Below are positions 26,591-39,480 of a DNA stretch of 64,000 nt, piece by piece. The notes beneath the pieces were generated by a model that had not been told where the DNA came from, did not search any database, and worked only from the letters and a program-made list of their open reading frames with translations. The position numbers were made by a program, and so were the translations under genes. The first letter of the stretch is position 1. Each line of letters starts with the position of its first letter. This stretch comes from the human T2T-CHM13v2.0 reference genome, Homo sapiens: the NCBI GenBank assembly GCA_009914755.4, contig CP068257.2, positions 21,504,001 through 21,568,000 on the forward strand. Reading direction: 5' to 3'.

Positions 26591-29500
26591 GTTATTCACT
26601 CATTGCATAGTTACTGAACATCTACTTTTTTGTGGACACAGTACTAGCTACTGAGGACACTCAGAATTCAAAATAGAAATATCTGCTCTTCTGGGGTTTA
26701 TATTTTAGGGTATGGGTTATAAAATTATAATTGGTTTATTACTTCAAGAGAAGAAGACATCAATCATAACACATTAAATATCTCCATGAATAATTTCATT
26801 TCTATGGAAACTGTTGAGGTTCATCGAATTATTTTGTAACGGTTTGTCAGCTTCTTATAAAGTTTACCATATACATATGATTTGACTCACCAATTCTATT
26901 TATTTACCAAAGTGTAATTAAACTTATGTTTACATAACATGGTTTGTAAAAGTTTGTAATTATAATATAATAATTGAATTAACACGCTGAAATTTCTTTC
27001 AACTGCTAAATGAATAAACAAACTATGATACATTTAAGCAATGAAATACTACTTAGAAAGAAAAAGAAATGAACAAAGGCAAGCCAAATGACAAAAGCAG
27101 GAACATGAACTCTAATGCATAATACTAAGTGAAAGAGGTCAGGCTTCTATATAGTACAATTCTGGTTTTCTTCAGTGTTCCTAAAATATATGTGATAGGA
27201 AACATTATTTGTTACAACTGTTGAACTATTTAATATAGTCTGCCCTGCTTAACTATATGTAGATTAAAAATTGTCTTTAATTATCTACATTTGAAATTAA
27301 TGAGAAAGACAAGTCAACAAGTAATAACCAAAATCGATGTAGTTGGAAATGAGAGCAAAGCTCTGTATCTTTTGCTATTTAATTCCCTGAGTTCTCCATC
27401 TGCTTTTTAATACAGTGGCTCTTGATGTATTATGTTTCTTGGACACTTAGTCATAAAAAAATGAGAAAAATTAAATATTGATGTTCACAGTAGGATAGTT
27501 GCAATATTTCATAGGCTTTTACCAAATAAGCAATATTTCTGCTTGCCAGGACATTCTCTGTTGATGAAAGATTATTTTTCTTCTCACTTGAAAGGAAATC
27601 TGAAAAGTCATTTTAAACTATATTTAGCTATTATGGAACTATTTACTTCTTTTTTTTTCAGAAGCAAACAGATGTGAAATGCAATAGAATTGTTGACAGA
27701 ATCGGCTTTTCCTGGTGACAAATCTGATGATTTCAGTGTTAAAACAGCCTTGTTTTATGTAGAAACATGGCTATATTCTAATTGAAATGTTTGGAATATT
27801 TTATGACTGAAAAACTGTTGACTCCTTGTTTAGTAATAGATTTATCCTTCCACTGTAATGAAAGACTCAGGTGTTATTAAAGTATAGGAATTGACAATCG
27901 ATCAACAGATAGATAATATATTACATTGCCCCATAACTAATGAATAAAATGTATTATCTCTTATTTAGTGGGAAAATATATATCAATATCTATATTTTTA
28001 TTTTTAAAACATTTTCCTGTCAACCTCTAAGTAGGTATGCTCTGGAATATAACATTAATGCTTTAGAAACAATTCAACTAAACAATCCAACTCTCTTTTA
28101 GATTTTCTACTAAATTCAAGGTCATTTATGACTAAAGTAAATGGATGTAGATCCAAGTACCATCATTTATTTTTTTCACTGGTTGACATACTAAATGTCA
28201 AGAGATTCTTCACAGACCAAAAATAAAAAGTAATTTAGAAGGCAAGATTGAAAACAAATAAACAAAAAATAAATTAACAATATTAAAATGAGGAAGTAAT
28301 ATATGTCCTGAGTCAAAAACTATTGGAAATGTTTCAAGGCACTGGAGATTTACCAATGAACAAAACCACATAGTTTTAGAAATGCTCGTTCGGAGAAACT
28401 GTGCCTTGTTTTGCACATGACAGGACCATGTGTGGGATTCATCATTTGACCTTGATCCCTGTGAGCTTCCTGACTACTAAGCAAGATGTGATGCATATCT
28501 ATTTTAAAGAGATAAATAGTGAATATTTATGATATGTATCAAATGATTACAAAAAAGCGAGAGGACTAGATCTTAGGAAAATAAAAGGAAACTTCCAAAA
28601 ATATCAAAGAAAGACACCATGAAATTGTTTTACCTGAGAGAGTCACTGAAGGACAATTGAAATTTTAATAAAAAGGGAAATGTGGAGATATCTAAAATTA
28701 GGTAAATTATAATATATTAAGTGTTTGCCATGCAGCAGATATTATTGCAAGCATTTTGTAATCATTATTTCTAACATTATTAAACACATACACTACTATT
28801 GCTGCTTTTGTAAAATAAGGCAAAAAAGTAGAGGCCTGGGACTAAATGGCCTATTCTAAGTTAATTGATCTATTAAATACTAGATCCAGGATTAAAACTC
28901 AGACTGACACCTGATCTTGCTCTCCAAACAATGCTGCTACATTGTATAAATATTGCACTGGGGATAAAAAGATATCATAGTGGTAATAGATAGGTTAAAG
29001 GCATATTTTTTACTCTTAAAATTTACATAAAGTAAAAAAGAAAAATAGGGCTAGAAAAACATAATGACATTGGATTATAAACAACCATGGAAGACAAGAA
29101 ATTTGAATTTAACTCTATATTTAATGAGAAGTCTTTTAATAAATGAATGAATAAATACAAAGTGTACTAATGACTATTAGTCATTCATGTTCCTTCATCT
29201 GTTCTTTCACACACTCATTTGTTTACAAAGTTTAAAAAATGGTTTACGGAATGTGTATTCTATACCAGACTCTCAGTTACATATAAGAATCCTGCTCTGA
29301 ATTAGAGACCTTGGCAGCTGTAAATACTTACCAGAAAGATTTTGAAAGTTTGGCAAAAATTAAAGTTGAACATGAAAGCGACACTTTTGGGTGTGGTATA
29401 CTGTTATTGTTACAGATTGTTGTAGTATATAAAATTATTTATATCTTAATAAAGAATATATGTATATGAATACATATGTAACAGAAATACACTTAAATTA

Positions 29501-29684
29501 TGTACAATTTTAGGTGAATATGATTATACATTTTATTGCAGACTTAATTTTCTTTTAATATGGAGATAATATAGATAGGTTTCCTCCTGTCTCTGTCTTA
29601 TCTATATCAGACCGTTATCCCTAAAATGCAACGTCACCTTGGGTTAATAAACTTTTTATTACAATAAATATGTACGGATCTGTC

Positions 29685-30058
29685 TGCTAGGACTGTCATA
29701 ACAAAATACTATAGAATGCATGGCTTAAATGACAGAAGTTTATTTCTCAATGTTCTGGAGGCTGCAAGTCTAAGATCAAGGTGTCAACACATTTAGTTTT
29801 CCCTCAGGCCTCTCATTTTGACTTGCAGATGGTTTATTTCTTGCTGTCTCCTCACATGGCTTTTTCTCTGTGCACAAGCCTCCACAGTGTCTCTTCCTCT
29901 TCTTATCAGGACACCACTCATAATGGATTAGTGTTCCACCTCTATGATTTCAATTAGCCTGGATTACCCCTTTAAAAATAATAACTCCAAATACAGTCTT
30001 GTTGAGGATAAGGGCTTCAACACATGAGTTTTGTGGGAACACATTTCAATCCATAACA
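29685..30058 (-). mobile_element. MaLR LTR (MLT1-type), reverse orientation
   Basis: CTGTCATAACAAAATACTATAGAATGCATGGCTTAAATGACAGAAGTTTATTTCTCAATGTTCTGGAGGCTGCAAGTCTAAGATCAAGGTG.. followed by ..CACATGGCTTTTTCTCTGTGCAC..ATCAGGACACCACTCATAATGGATTAG..TTTGTGGGAACACATTTCAATCCATAACA. This is a typical MLT1 in reverse complement. Confidence 0.65.
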
Positions 30059-32474
30059 ATGTAAAATATGTTCACATTCAAATATAAAGTGTTGACTATT
30101 TTTTAAAATAAGCTGTTAGACACAATTATTACATCATGTTTTTTTTCACTTCAAAATACTTTGTATACAACATTAAAAGTCATTTCACATTGATTTAAAT
30201 TTTTGCAAGGACTACATATATTTCACTGTATGTATATAGTCATGATTTATTCTCCCATCTTCCTAGTAATGAGCATACAATATGTTGGCCATGTTTATGC
30301 CACTTCAGCTTTTGTTCAGTAAATATCTTTGCATCCATACTTTTCTGTATTGGAACATTAGATTTTTTGTATTACAAATTCTCAAAGTGCAATCTGTGGA
30401 TCAAACGCTTGGTGCACTTGGGTTTCAGAAGAAATTGCCAACTTAATTTTCAAAAGGCAGTAAACTTGGCATTTCCAACACATACCAGATAGTAATCCTT
30501 TTATCATAGACTCCAAAACAATAGGGCTTATAGGTCTTTATTCTATTTTAAAAATCACTCATGTGTTTGTTACTTCGCTACAAATTTAATTTTATCCTTA
30601 ATATTAGTAAATTTTAGTATTCTTTATTTGAATTAGCATCGCTGAAAATTGAATTATATACCTTTTGCTAGTGTTTAAATGCTTTCTCTTGTCAATTTAT
30701 AATAATTATTTGAAGATTATGCACAACTTTATGACTACCACCTGCTTTTAAATTATTTACTGGGATAATATCTCAATTGGTGATATGAGAATGTCAGCTA
30801 GTCATTTTCTTTTCTTTCTTTTTTTTTTCAATTCAGGAGGCTATTTCAGGATCAGAGCTTGACATAGGCTGAGGTCTGCTGATGGGAAAAGAAAAAGCAG
30901 CAAATTTCTTAGTAGCTGCTTGGGGATAGAATGATTGAGACATCCAGAGACCTCAAATTCATAACTTTTTTATTTTACCCAAATATACATTTGCTAAATT
31001 GTGCTGCATAGAAAGATAAAGAGTTAGGCTGTAAAGTTTTCATGCTGGCTCTTAAGAAACCAAAATCTGACAAAGCCAGAAGGCTTAACAAATAAATAAG
31101 CAGACCAGAAAATGAAGTCCTGGAGATAGTGGTAGATTAACTCTGAAGTTCCACAACTGCTTCTCACTTGGGAACACTTAGTGATTATGGGTCCAAGTAG
31201 AGAATGCAAATCAGGCTTGGCCCTGCTAAAAGTGACAAGGAAATCAGCAGCACACACGTGGAACTGGAGGGAGAAGATAGGAGTCTTGTAAGCCTTAAAG
31301 CATAAACAATCTCACCATCAAGACATTTAGCAAATTTTAAAACAGCATGGAATGAAAAATCAAAGACCTCAACAGAAGCACTCTGAAGTATAAAACTGAA
31401 ACTTCTGGAGTGTATCAGAGCAGTGGAGGCAGAGTGCTGCCCTGTTCCAAATAAAAAACTCCGAATTAATCACCCTAGGAATAGTGGCATTCCACAGGTG
31501 GGCTAACTTTTATGGAACTTGCATCCCAGTCACAACTCTGCATAACCTCTGATTGGATTAATTTGGTAATCACACCCTACCACACACATATACACCCCCA
31601 TCCCTGTCCATCATATACCCCACAAAAGTAAGTTGCAATCCTATTTAATAGAAGATAACTTAAAGGCTTTAATTTTATTTTATACATAATGTCTAACAGA
31701 AAAAAGTAAAAATTACTAGACATTTGAAGAGGAAATAATACATGAACAGTAGCTAAAAGAGTAATTAGTCAATAAAAACAGAATTGCAGGTGAACCAGAA
31801 TTTGCAGCTAGTAGAACATAACATTAAAATAAATATGATATCACTTTTGAGAAAACAGGGAGAAATTTGGACAAAAATACATAAAGCAATGCATAAATTA
31901 GCCCCAAATTGGCAATGATGAGTATCAAATGGGGTTTCTAGATATGAAATATATGAAAAAGGACTAAAAATACATATATCCCACTAGGCTTGGTTTATTG
32001 TCCTTCGTGATATAGTCTAAAATCTTTTGTTTTCCATTATTTTTTCAAATATTGCTTCTGGATCATTTCTTTCATCTCCTGTTAGGGTCCAGTTAAATAT
32101 ATGTTACACCATTTACAGGTTTTGTATGTACATATTCTTCAGTCCTTTTTTGTCTGCGATTCAATAAATAATTTTATAAACCTGCCTTTCAGGTAATTAA
32201 TTTTACCTTCCATTATATTTAATCTGTTATTAAACTCTTTTTTTAGTGTGTGATAGGAATACTGTTTTCACTGAAAGTTTACTATGCAATGTATTTTATT
32301 TTTTTAGACGAGGAGGAATATCATAAGCAGTTGAGGGACTAGGAAGTGGGGAGATCAGGAAGTAGGTCCTCTAGAGATGAGGAGGCACTCTGCTAGATGG
32401 CTTTTAAAATATTTCCTCCAGAGGAATTTGCCTCATTAACAGCATTTTTTGGTCTTAAAAATCAGTCTTTGATT

Positions 32475-32795
32475 TTATACAATGACAATTTCTGACTCTG
32501 TTATAAAGGTATGCTGTCCTAGTTCTTCCGTAAGTTCATCACGTGTTTTCACCATGTTGTCATTAGGCATGTTTTCTGCAGTATTAACATCGTCTTCATT
32601 GTTCCTATTATCATAATTACCATGATTCTTAAAAATGTCAGCTAGTTCTCCATTGGTCAATGAACGAACAACTGGAGCCTCATTATCAACATTAAAAATG
32701 TCTTCAATATCAATTTCTTTCAGTTTATCGGATTCTGAAGGTATACTTTTTGTATATTTAAGGAGATAAGACATCTTTTTTTCCTCACTTATCAT
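32475..32795 (-). pseudogene. Tigger transposase acidic C-terminal remnant
   Basis: The 106-aa ORF has a D/E/N-rich tail (..RSLTNGELADIFKNHGNYDNRNNEDDVNTAEN..TRDELTEELGQ), resembling the acidic C-termini of pogo/Tigger transposases. The match is weaker than for the other two fragments. Confidence 0.45.
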
Positions 32796-33169
32796 ATAGA
32801 ATCTTTCAAAGTCACCATCTTGTTCATCATCAACATTAAATTTAGTTACTGGTCAGAGGTGGTGCCAGGAATGCACAACAGTTTCTTTAGTCACTGTCTT
32901 CCAAGCACTGGACACATCGTAGATGGTGTTCTTCATGCTAACTTCTTTTGAAAATTGTCCACACCTATGCCTCTATTCACTAACGCTAGCATGCTGTTCA
33001 AGAGAGCTTCTTCATATTTGCTGTTTATTAATCTAAATATATCCTAGTCACATGGCTAAATTAATATAGTCACATTTGGGTGAAATTTCATGAACATTTT
33101 TGATGAAAAGTTCAGCTGTAGAATGAGCAGAACACTTTTCAAGAAATTAAAAAAAATTACAGTGTCATC

Positions 33170-33432
33170 TAGTCTGGCTTCCCTGCAGAGAGCAAGGACC
33201 TTGCTACAAAATGTTTGTGAAATTAATCAGACAAGTTGTCCCTGGTGATCCATACCTTTTTATTAGCATGATAATTAGCTGATAACAACTTCACTACTTG
33301 AAAACAGTGGGGACACAGGCCTTTGTCTATCTCAAGGTTACACTTATGTTTGCCTGCTGCATTAGCACATATCAGCACAGATAGTGTGTCTTTGGCATTT
33401 TTAACTTCTGTCAGGGATATCTCACTAGCTGT
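33170..33432 (-). pseudogene. Tigger transposase DDE-domain fragment
   Basis: Reverse-complement frame reads EISLTEVKNAKDTLSVLICANAAGKHKCNLEIDKGLCPHCFQVVKLLSANYHANKKVWITRDNLSDWFHKHFV. Compare Tigger ..[65 protein letters not shown]. Confidence 0.65.
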
Positions 33433-33748
33433 AATCAGTGTCTTTCTAGAGCAATAACACCAAAACAGTGATGTTCCATCAGTATTGCAACTTTGTTCTA
33501 GTATCAGATTTTCATCAGTGATGATCTTATCAAACTCATCAATGAATTTCTTTGTTGCTTCATGATCAACAGATGCTTTATCACTATAAAATTTAAAAAA
33601 TGTAATATGTCCTTTCTTAAATTTATGTAATTAGCCTATAGAATAAATTTCCCCTCCTTTTTCAGTTTCTTGTGATAGATCTTTGCTGTTTCATGATTAG
33701 CATACCATTTGGTGGCATGTATTCACTGTGGTGCTGAAAGATCATCTC

Positions 33749-34168
33749 TTACAGTACACATTCAAGAGCTTTATTTTTAGTTTTATATAATGTCCTTATA
33801 ATTTTTGTTAACTTTTGTTCAACACTTTTTACATGGAACACCAACAATTTAAGCTTCTGTTTCTTCAGGTCATATATGGTGCTCCTTCCAACATCATACT
33901 TTATTGTAAAACATTTCACACTTACACCACTGACTAGTTTCTTCAACACCTTGACATTCTGTGCTCTAGATAAACATAAATGATTTCTCTTTTTATTATC
34001 ACTGGTACCCATAGGAGTGTCTGCAGGCCTTTTTGACATTTTCAACAATATTTTTGTATGAGACAACTGAAAATAAACAGAAAAATGCAGGGAGCAATGC
34101 ACGAAGGTCTTGGCCTTAAGTGGGCCATTGTGATGAAATTGCCCTTGGAGTGTCTGGCCTGCACACAT
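33749..34168 (-). pseudogene. Tigger transposase N-terminal (HTH/CENP-B-like) remnant
   Basis: The ORF contains ..MSKRPADTPMGTSDNKKRNHLCLSRAQNVKVLKKLVSGVSVKCFTIKYDVGRSTIYDLKKQKLKLLVF... Compare the Tigger1 transposase start MASKRKSSDAGNSDMPKRSRKVLPLSEKVKVLDLIRKEKKSYAEVAKIYGKNESSIREIVKKEKE. Confidence 0.65.
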
Positions 34169-35199
34169 GCCTTTTTAATAGACTTAGTTGGTGTACTTGT
34201 GTGCGGGAATCAGAAAAAATATATTGCAGGTCAATGGGGCTGTTAAGAGTCCTTTATCCGTTGGAGACAGTGAATCAATTGTGCACTGTTCATCTGCATT
34301 TTGACTGTGATGCATGACGTGTGCTCAGGTGTGAAATTTTCCACATTCAGCATCATATCGGTGCTCAACATTTTTAAAATTTTGTAATATTTTGGATTTC
34401 AGATTTTTCAGATTAGGCATGGGCAACCTATACTCTTTTTCAGTTTACAGAATAAACAGAATCAATTTTTTTAAATATAAAATCTGAACACAGTTAACAA
34501 TATTGATCTGGCATATTTAGAACAACGTGCACAACACAACAATAATTAACAACTTGTTTAAATGCTTATAAGAAATTTACCAAACCTACCCCATGTTGGG
34601 CAATAAAGATAATATCAATAAATTTTGAAGACGAAAATTATTGTTTGTTTTGTGACCACAGTAAATTTACTTCAGAAATTGAGAGGCAGATATCCAGACA
34701 ATTCCCAACAATAATAATAAGCATTGCCTTACAAATAACCCAATGTCAAAGAAAACACCAAAATGGAAGCAATAAAATAATTCTAACTTATCCATAATAA
34801 AGATTCAACACATCAAATGTTTTAAAATGCAGAAAATTTAGTAAGAAATTTGTAACCTTAGAGGTATGGATTAGAAAAGAAAACGAATATCTAAAATTTA
34901 GTGATTTAATACTTTCTTTCAAGAAATTAAATGTAATAGCACAAATTAAACTTACATAAAGTAAAATAAGATAAATTATACACAAAAACAAAAATTAATA
35001 ACATACAATAAAACATTAAGAAAGAAAAAATCAAAAAAGCCATATGCTAGATGTTCAGTTTTAACAATAAAAAATACGTATTAAAACTCTAGGGGAAAAT
35101 GTCCAAGGTTAAAAAGACAACCACAATGACCAATATTAGGAATAAAAATGGGATATCACTGCAGCTATCATAAAAAGTTAAGAAACGCATCTAGTGTTT

Positions 35200-35815
35200 T
35201 CTGCCTCCAGTTGCTGTCAAAGAGCTTCTAACACCTTTGTAATTTTCTAAACTCGAAGGCTGCTAGGAGAATACTTTGTTCTAATATTTGGTCTTTGACC
35301 CCAGTTCTAGACACAGAGCTACTGAATCCCTTGGAATTTTGGGGGATGATAGAAATATCTTTTGTTCTAATAACGCAATTCTTGTTGGGCTCCTATAGTG
35401 GGCTGTTCATTAGAAAGACCAAGGTATAATTATAAGATTAAAGAGTTCAGCCCCGTCCCACTTTGCTAGAGAAAGGAGAGATGCTAGACATGGAGATAAT
35501 AATCAATCGTGCCTATATGATGAAGTCTCCATAAAAGTCCCTGAACTATGGGATTCAGAGAGCTTCCAGGTTGATGAACGCACTTAAATTCTGGGAGGGT
35601 AGTGCACACAAATTCCATTGGTCTCACCACAAAAACTCCTGTGCTGAGACCCTTCCAGACATTGCCCTATATATCTCTTCATGTGGATGTTCACCTGTAT
35701 TCTCATTATATCTGTTATTAATAAATTGCCAAACATAAGTACGGTGTTTCCCTGAGTTCTCTAAGCAATGCCACCAGATTAATGGAACCCAAGAAGGGGG
35801 TTAAGAAAACCCTGA
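35200..35815 (+). mobile_element. Probable solo ERV LTR (family not identified)
   Basis: Ends with the LTR-typical ..ATTATATCTGTTATTAATAAATTGCCAAACATAAGTACGGTGTTTCCCTGAGTTCTCTAAGCAATGCCACCAGATTAATGGAACCCAAGAAGGGGGTT (polyA signal plus U5-like end). The 5' boundary is unclear. Confidence 0.35.
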
Positions 35816-35839
35816 TTTGTAGCCAGTTGGTCATAAGTA

Positions 35840-36188
35840 CAGTCATGTGCTATATAATGATTTAGTCAGCAAGAGAACACATATACGATGATGGTCCCAT
35901 AAGATTATAATGTATTTTTACTACACCTTTTATATATTTAGATACATTTAGAAACACAAGTTCTTACCATTGTGTTTCAATTGCCTACAGTATTGAGTAT
36001 AGTAATATGCTATGCAGGTTTGTGGTCTAGGAGCAATAGGCTATACTATATGGCCTGGATGTTTAGTAGGCTATACCATCTAGATTAATGTAAGTATAGC
36101 ACACTCTATAATGGTCATCAAATGACAAGATCACCTAAGGAAAAATTTGTCAGAATGTATCTCTATTGTTTAGCAACACATGACTACA
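35840..36188. mobile_element. Palindromic non-autonomous DNA transposon (MITE, Tigger/mariner-like) with TA target duplication
   Basis: Left end TA|CAGTCATGTGC.. and right end ..ACACATGACTACA|TA share the terminal inverted repeat core AGTCATGTG. Internal sequence GGTCCCATAAGATTATAATGTATTTTTACTACACC.. and AGGCTATACTATATGGCCT.. matches a human MER-type palindromic MITE consensus I recall (CAGTCATGCGTCGCTTAACGAC..GGTCCCATAAGATTATAATAC..). Confidence 0.6.
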
Positions 36189-37194
36189 TAGGTGACAACC
36201 TATTGCAATGAGTATTTGAAGTGGAGGGCAGTCTTTTGGGAGTGGGCCCTTAACGAATATGATCTGATGCTATCTCCAGTAGGTAGTGTGAGAATTGAAT
36301 TGAATTACAGGACACCCAGCTGGTGTCTTCTGCAGAATGATTGGTGTGTGAGAAAGTACCCCCAAACATCTGGTGTTAGAATTGTGGTGAGGAGAGGTGT
36401 GAAAGTGGAAAAACCACTTGTTTTCTCCTATTATAGGCACTAGATAAAAAAGTAACCAAAATCTATTCTTTAAGAGCTTTTACCAATATGTGATCAGATG
36501 AAACTTATGAATTTCATTTTGAAAACTCAATAGAGAGGGAAGCAGAGCAAGATGGCCAAATAGAACCCTCCAGCAATCATCGCCCCTACTCTTCAGGAAC
36601 ACTAAACTGAACAACTATCCACACAAGAAACCACCTACATAAGAAACAAAATCAGGTAATAATAGTACCTGGTTTTAACATCATTATCAAAGAAAGAGGT
36701 ACTGAAGAGAGTAGAAAACACAGTCTTGAATTATCAACACTACCCCTCCCCTATCTCAAGCAGCCACATGGTACAGAGAAAGAACTTTTGTGCTTGGGGG
36801 AGGGAGAACACAGGGATTGTAATGTTACATGGGTACTCAATGCTGCCTAACATTGCAGAAAGCAACACAGGGCAGAATTCAGCCAGCACCTATGAAGGGA
36901 GCGTTGACCAGTGGGGAACTGTCTATCACAGTGGGAAGAACCTGAGTTCTAGCAAGCCCCTAAACCACCGAATGAAGCACTCTGGGCACCTAAATAAACT
37001 TGAAAGTCAGTCTAGGCCACAAGGACTGCAATTCCTGGACAAGTCCTGGTGCTGCGCTGGGCTTGGAGCCAGTGGACTTGGGGTACACACGACCTAGTGA
37101 GACACCAGCTGGGGTGGCCTCGGGAATGGTTTATTCCCTCACCCAATCCCTGACAGCAGAGCTCCAAGCTCTGGGACAGACTCTTTCCTTTTAC

Positions 37195-38060
37195 TTGAAG
37201 AGAGGAGATGGAAGAGTAAAGAAGACTTTGTCTTGAAAGTTGGATACCAGCTCAGTCAGAATATAGTAAGACACCAGGCAAAATCCTGAGGGCCCCTTCC
37301 TAGGCCCTTGCTCCAGGACAACATTTCTAGACCCACCCTGGGCTGGAAGGGAAATCAGTTCACTAAAGAAAAGGACGCAGTTCTGGCAGGATTCATCACC
37401 TTCTGTCTAAAAAGCCCTTGGGTCCTGAATAAACATTAGCAATAACCAGGCAGAACTCTACGCAGGCTGAGGGAGAGACCAAGGGCTATGCTGACATCAT
37501 GTGTGACCCAGCACATTCCCAGTTGTGGTGTCCATGGGAAGAGTCTCCTTCTACCTGAGGAAAGGAAAGAGAAGCGTAAAGGGGACTTTGTCTTGCAGCT
37601 TGAGTACCAGCTCAGCTACGGTGGAGTTGGGCACCAAGCAGATTCCTGGGGTCCCTGATTCCAGGCCTTGGCTCCTGGATGGCATGTCTGGACTCACCTT
37701 GAGACAGCGAGGAGCCCACTTTCCTGAAGTGAAGAGACCCAAGCATGGCAGCATTTACCACAGACAGACTGCAGAGTCCTCATTCTTTGAGTGAACATTA
37801 GTGGTAGCCTGGCAGTATTCTCTGTGGGCCTGGAGTAGTGGTGGCCACAAGAATAGATTCCTCTGCTTGAGAAAAGAACAGAGAAAAGTGGGAAGGTCTT
37901 TGTCTTACAGCTTGGGTGTTAGCTCAGTCATAGTATAATGGAGCACCAGGAAGATTCCTGAGGTTCCCAGTTCCAGGTAGTGCCTCCTGGACAGCATGTC
38001 TTGTCTCACCCTGGGCCAGGGAGGAGCTTGCCACCCTGAAGGGAAGGAAAAAAACTTACT
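37195..38060 (+). repeat. Tandem repeats (about 3 units of 200-360 bp) within the L1 5'UTR
   Basis: Units starting ..GAGGAGATGGAAGAGTAAAGAAGACTTTGTCTTGAAAGTTGGATACCAGCTCAGTCAG.., ..GAAAGGAAAGAGAAGCGTAAAGGGGACTTTGTCTTGCAGCTTGAGTACCAGCTCAGCTAC.., and ..GAAAAGAACAGAGAAAAGTGGGAAGGTCTTTGTCTTACAGCTTGGGTGTTAGCTCAGTCAT.. are mutually alignable. This is typical of older primate L1 5'UTRs. Confidence 0.75.
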
Positions 38061-38563
38061 GGACTCAATATCTGATGACTGAAGCACTCTTAGGCCTTGA
38101 ATGAACATTGTTAGTAGGCAGACAATTGTTGCCATGGGCCCAGTGCTATGCTGGTTTCAGGTCTCACCCAGAAGTCCCAGTGATGATGCCCAAAAGGGCG
38201 TTTGTGTCACCTGTCCATCAGCTATGGGCAGCTCAACATGGAGAACTATAGGTGCTCTGATTTTCTGGGGGAAAGTAAGGAAGACAAAGTATCTCTGCCT
38301 CATAATACAGGGAATTATCTCAGATTTTTCCAAAGACAACCAAGGCAGTACCTCTGAGTTTGTAAGATATAGCATTGCTGGGCTTGTGCGAGCAACTATT
38401 TCTGAAGTGACAAAAGACTCAAGTCCTTTTGAACACTTGGAAAGCCTTCCCAGGAAAGATGGGTACAAACAAGCCCAGACTGTGAAGATTACAATAAATA
38501 CTTGACTCTTCAAGTCTCAGACACTGATAAATATACACAATCACTAAAACCATCCAGGAAAAC

Positions 38564-39480
38564 ATGACCTCAAAAATCAAAGTAAATAAGGCACCAGTCA
38601 CCATTCACAGAGTGACAGTGATATGTGAACTTTCAGACAGAGAATTCAAAAGGGCTGTTTTGAGGAAGCTCAATGAAATTCTAGACAACAGAGAAGGAAT
38701 TCAGATTCCTATCCAATACATTTAATGAGATTGAAATGATTTTTAAAAATCAAAAGAAATTCAGGATCTGAAAAATACAAAGGACATAATGAAGCATGCA
38801 GCACAGTCTCACAAAAGAAAAACTGATCAATCAGAAGAACGAATAAATGAACTTGACCATAAACTGTTTGGAAATACACAGCCAGAAGGTACGAAAAATA
38901 GAAAAAAAATGAAGATAACGTACAAGACATAGAAAATAGTCTCAAATAGCACATCTAAGAGTGACTGGCCTTAAAGTGGAGGCAAAGAGAGAGAGATAGG
39001 TGTAGGAATTTCGTTCAAAGGGATAATAACAGAGAACTTCCCAAATCTAGAGAAAGATATCAATATTCAAGTACAAGAAGGTTATAGAATACCAAGCAGA
39101 TTTAACCTAAATAAGATGTCCTCAAGATATTTAATAATCAAACCCCCAAAGTTCAAGGATAAAAAAAAAAGCATCAAGACAAAACAAATAATATACAAAG
39201 GCACTCCAATATGTCTGGCAGAAGACTTAGTGGAAACCTTACAGGCCAGGAGAGTGGCAATGCATACTTACAGTGTTGAAGGAAAAATGCTTTTATCCCA
39301 GAATAGTGTGTAACCAGTAAAAATATCCCTCAAACATGAAGGAGAAATAAAGACTTTTCCAGACAAACAAAATCTAAGGAATTTGATCAGCATCAGATCT
39401 TTCCTACAAAAAATGGTTAAGGAAGTTATTCAGTCTGATAGAAGGATTGTTAATGTGAAATACAAAATCATCTGAAGGCA
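38564..39480 (+). pseudogene. L1 ORF1 remnant with stops
   Basis: Translation gives MTSKIKVNKAPVTIHRV..NFPNLEKDINIQVQEGYRIPSRFNLNKMSSRYLIIKPPKFKDKKKSIKTKQIIYKGTPICLAEDLVETLQARR..EGEIKTFPDKQNLRN.., matching the L1 ORF1 C-terminal region. Confidence 0.75.

Larger units (their letters stand above)
32470..34432 (-). mobile_element. pogo/Tigger-family (TcMar-Tigger) DNA transposon fossil with degenerate transposase
   Basis: Minus-strand translation gives a CENP-B/pogo-type N-terminal HTH region, a DDE-domain fragment containing the Tigger ANAAG motif, and an acidic C-terminal tail. The right boundary GGATTTCAGATTTTTCAGATTAGGCATGGGCAACCTATAC at 34393-34432 matches a Tigger-type subterminal/terminal sequence, preceded by the AGCATCATATCGGTGCTCAA palindromic-region motif. 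The left boundary is not identified, and many stops and frameshifts are present. Confidence 0.7.

Noticed and set aside
31980-32290. Possible antisense L1 fragment or 3' portion of the Tigger element
   Set aside because: Similarity to either is weak by eye. I could not find the expected Tigger terminal sequence (rc of ..GGATTAGGGATGCTCAACCTGTA) at the left end, so I leave this unassigned.
36726-38513. ORFs 36726-37097, 37000-37236, 37525-37794, 38101-38505 (134 aa), 38157-38513
   Set aside because: These lie within the GC-richer tandem-repeat L1 5'UTR. They are chance ORFs in non-coding L1 sequence.
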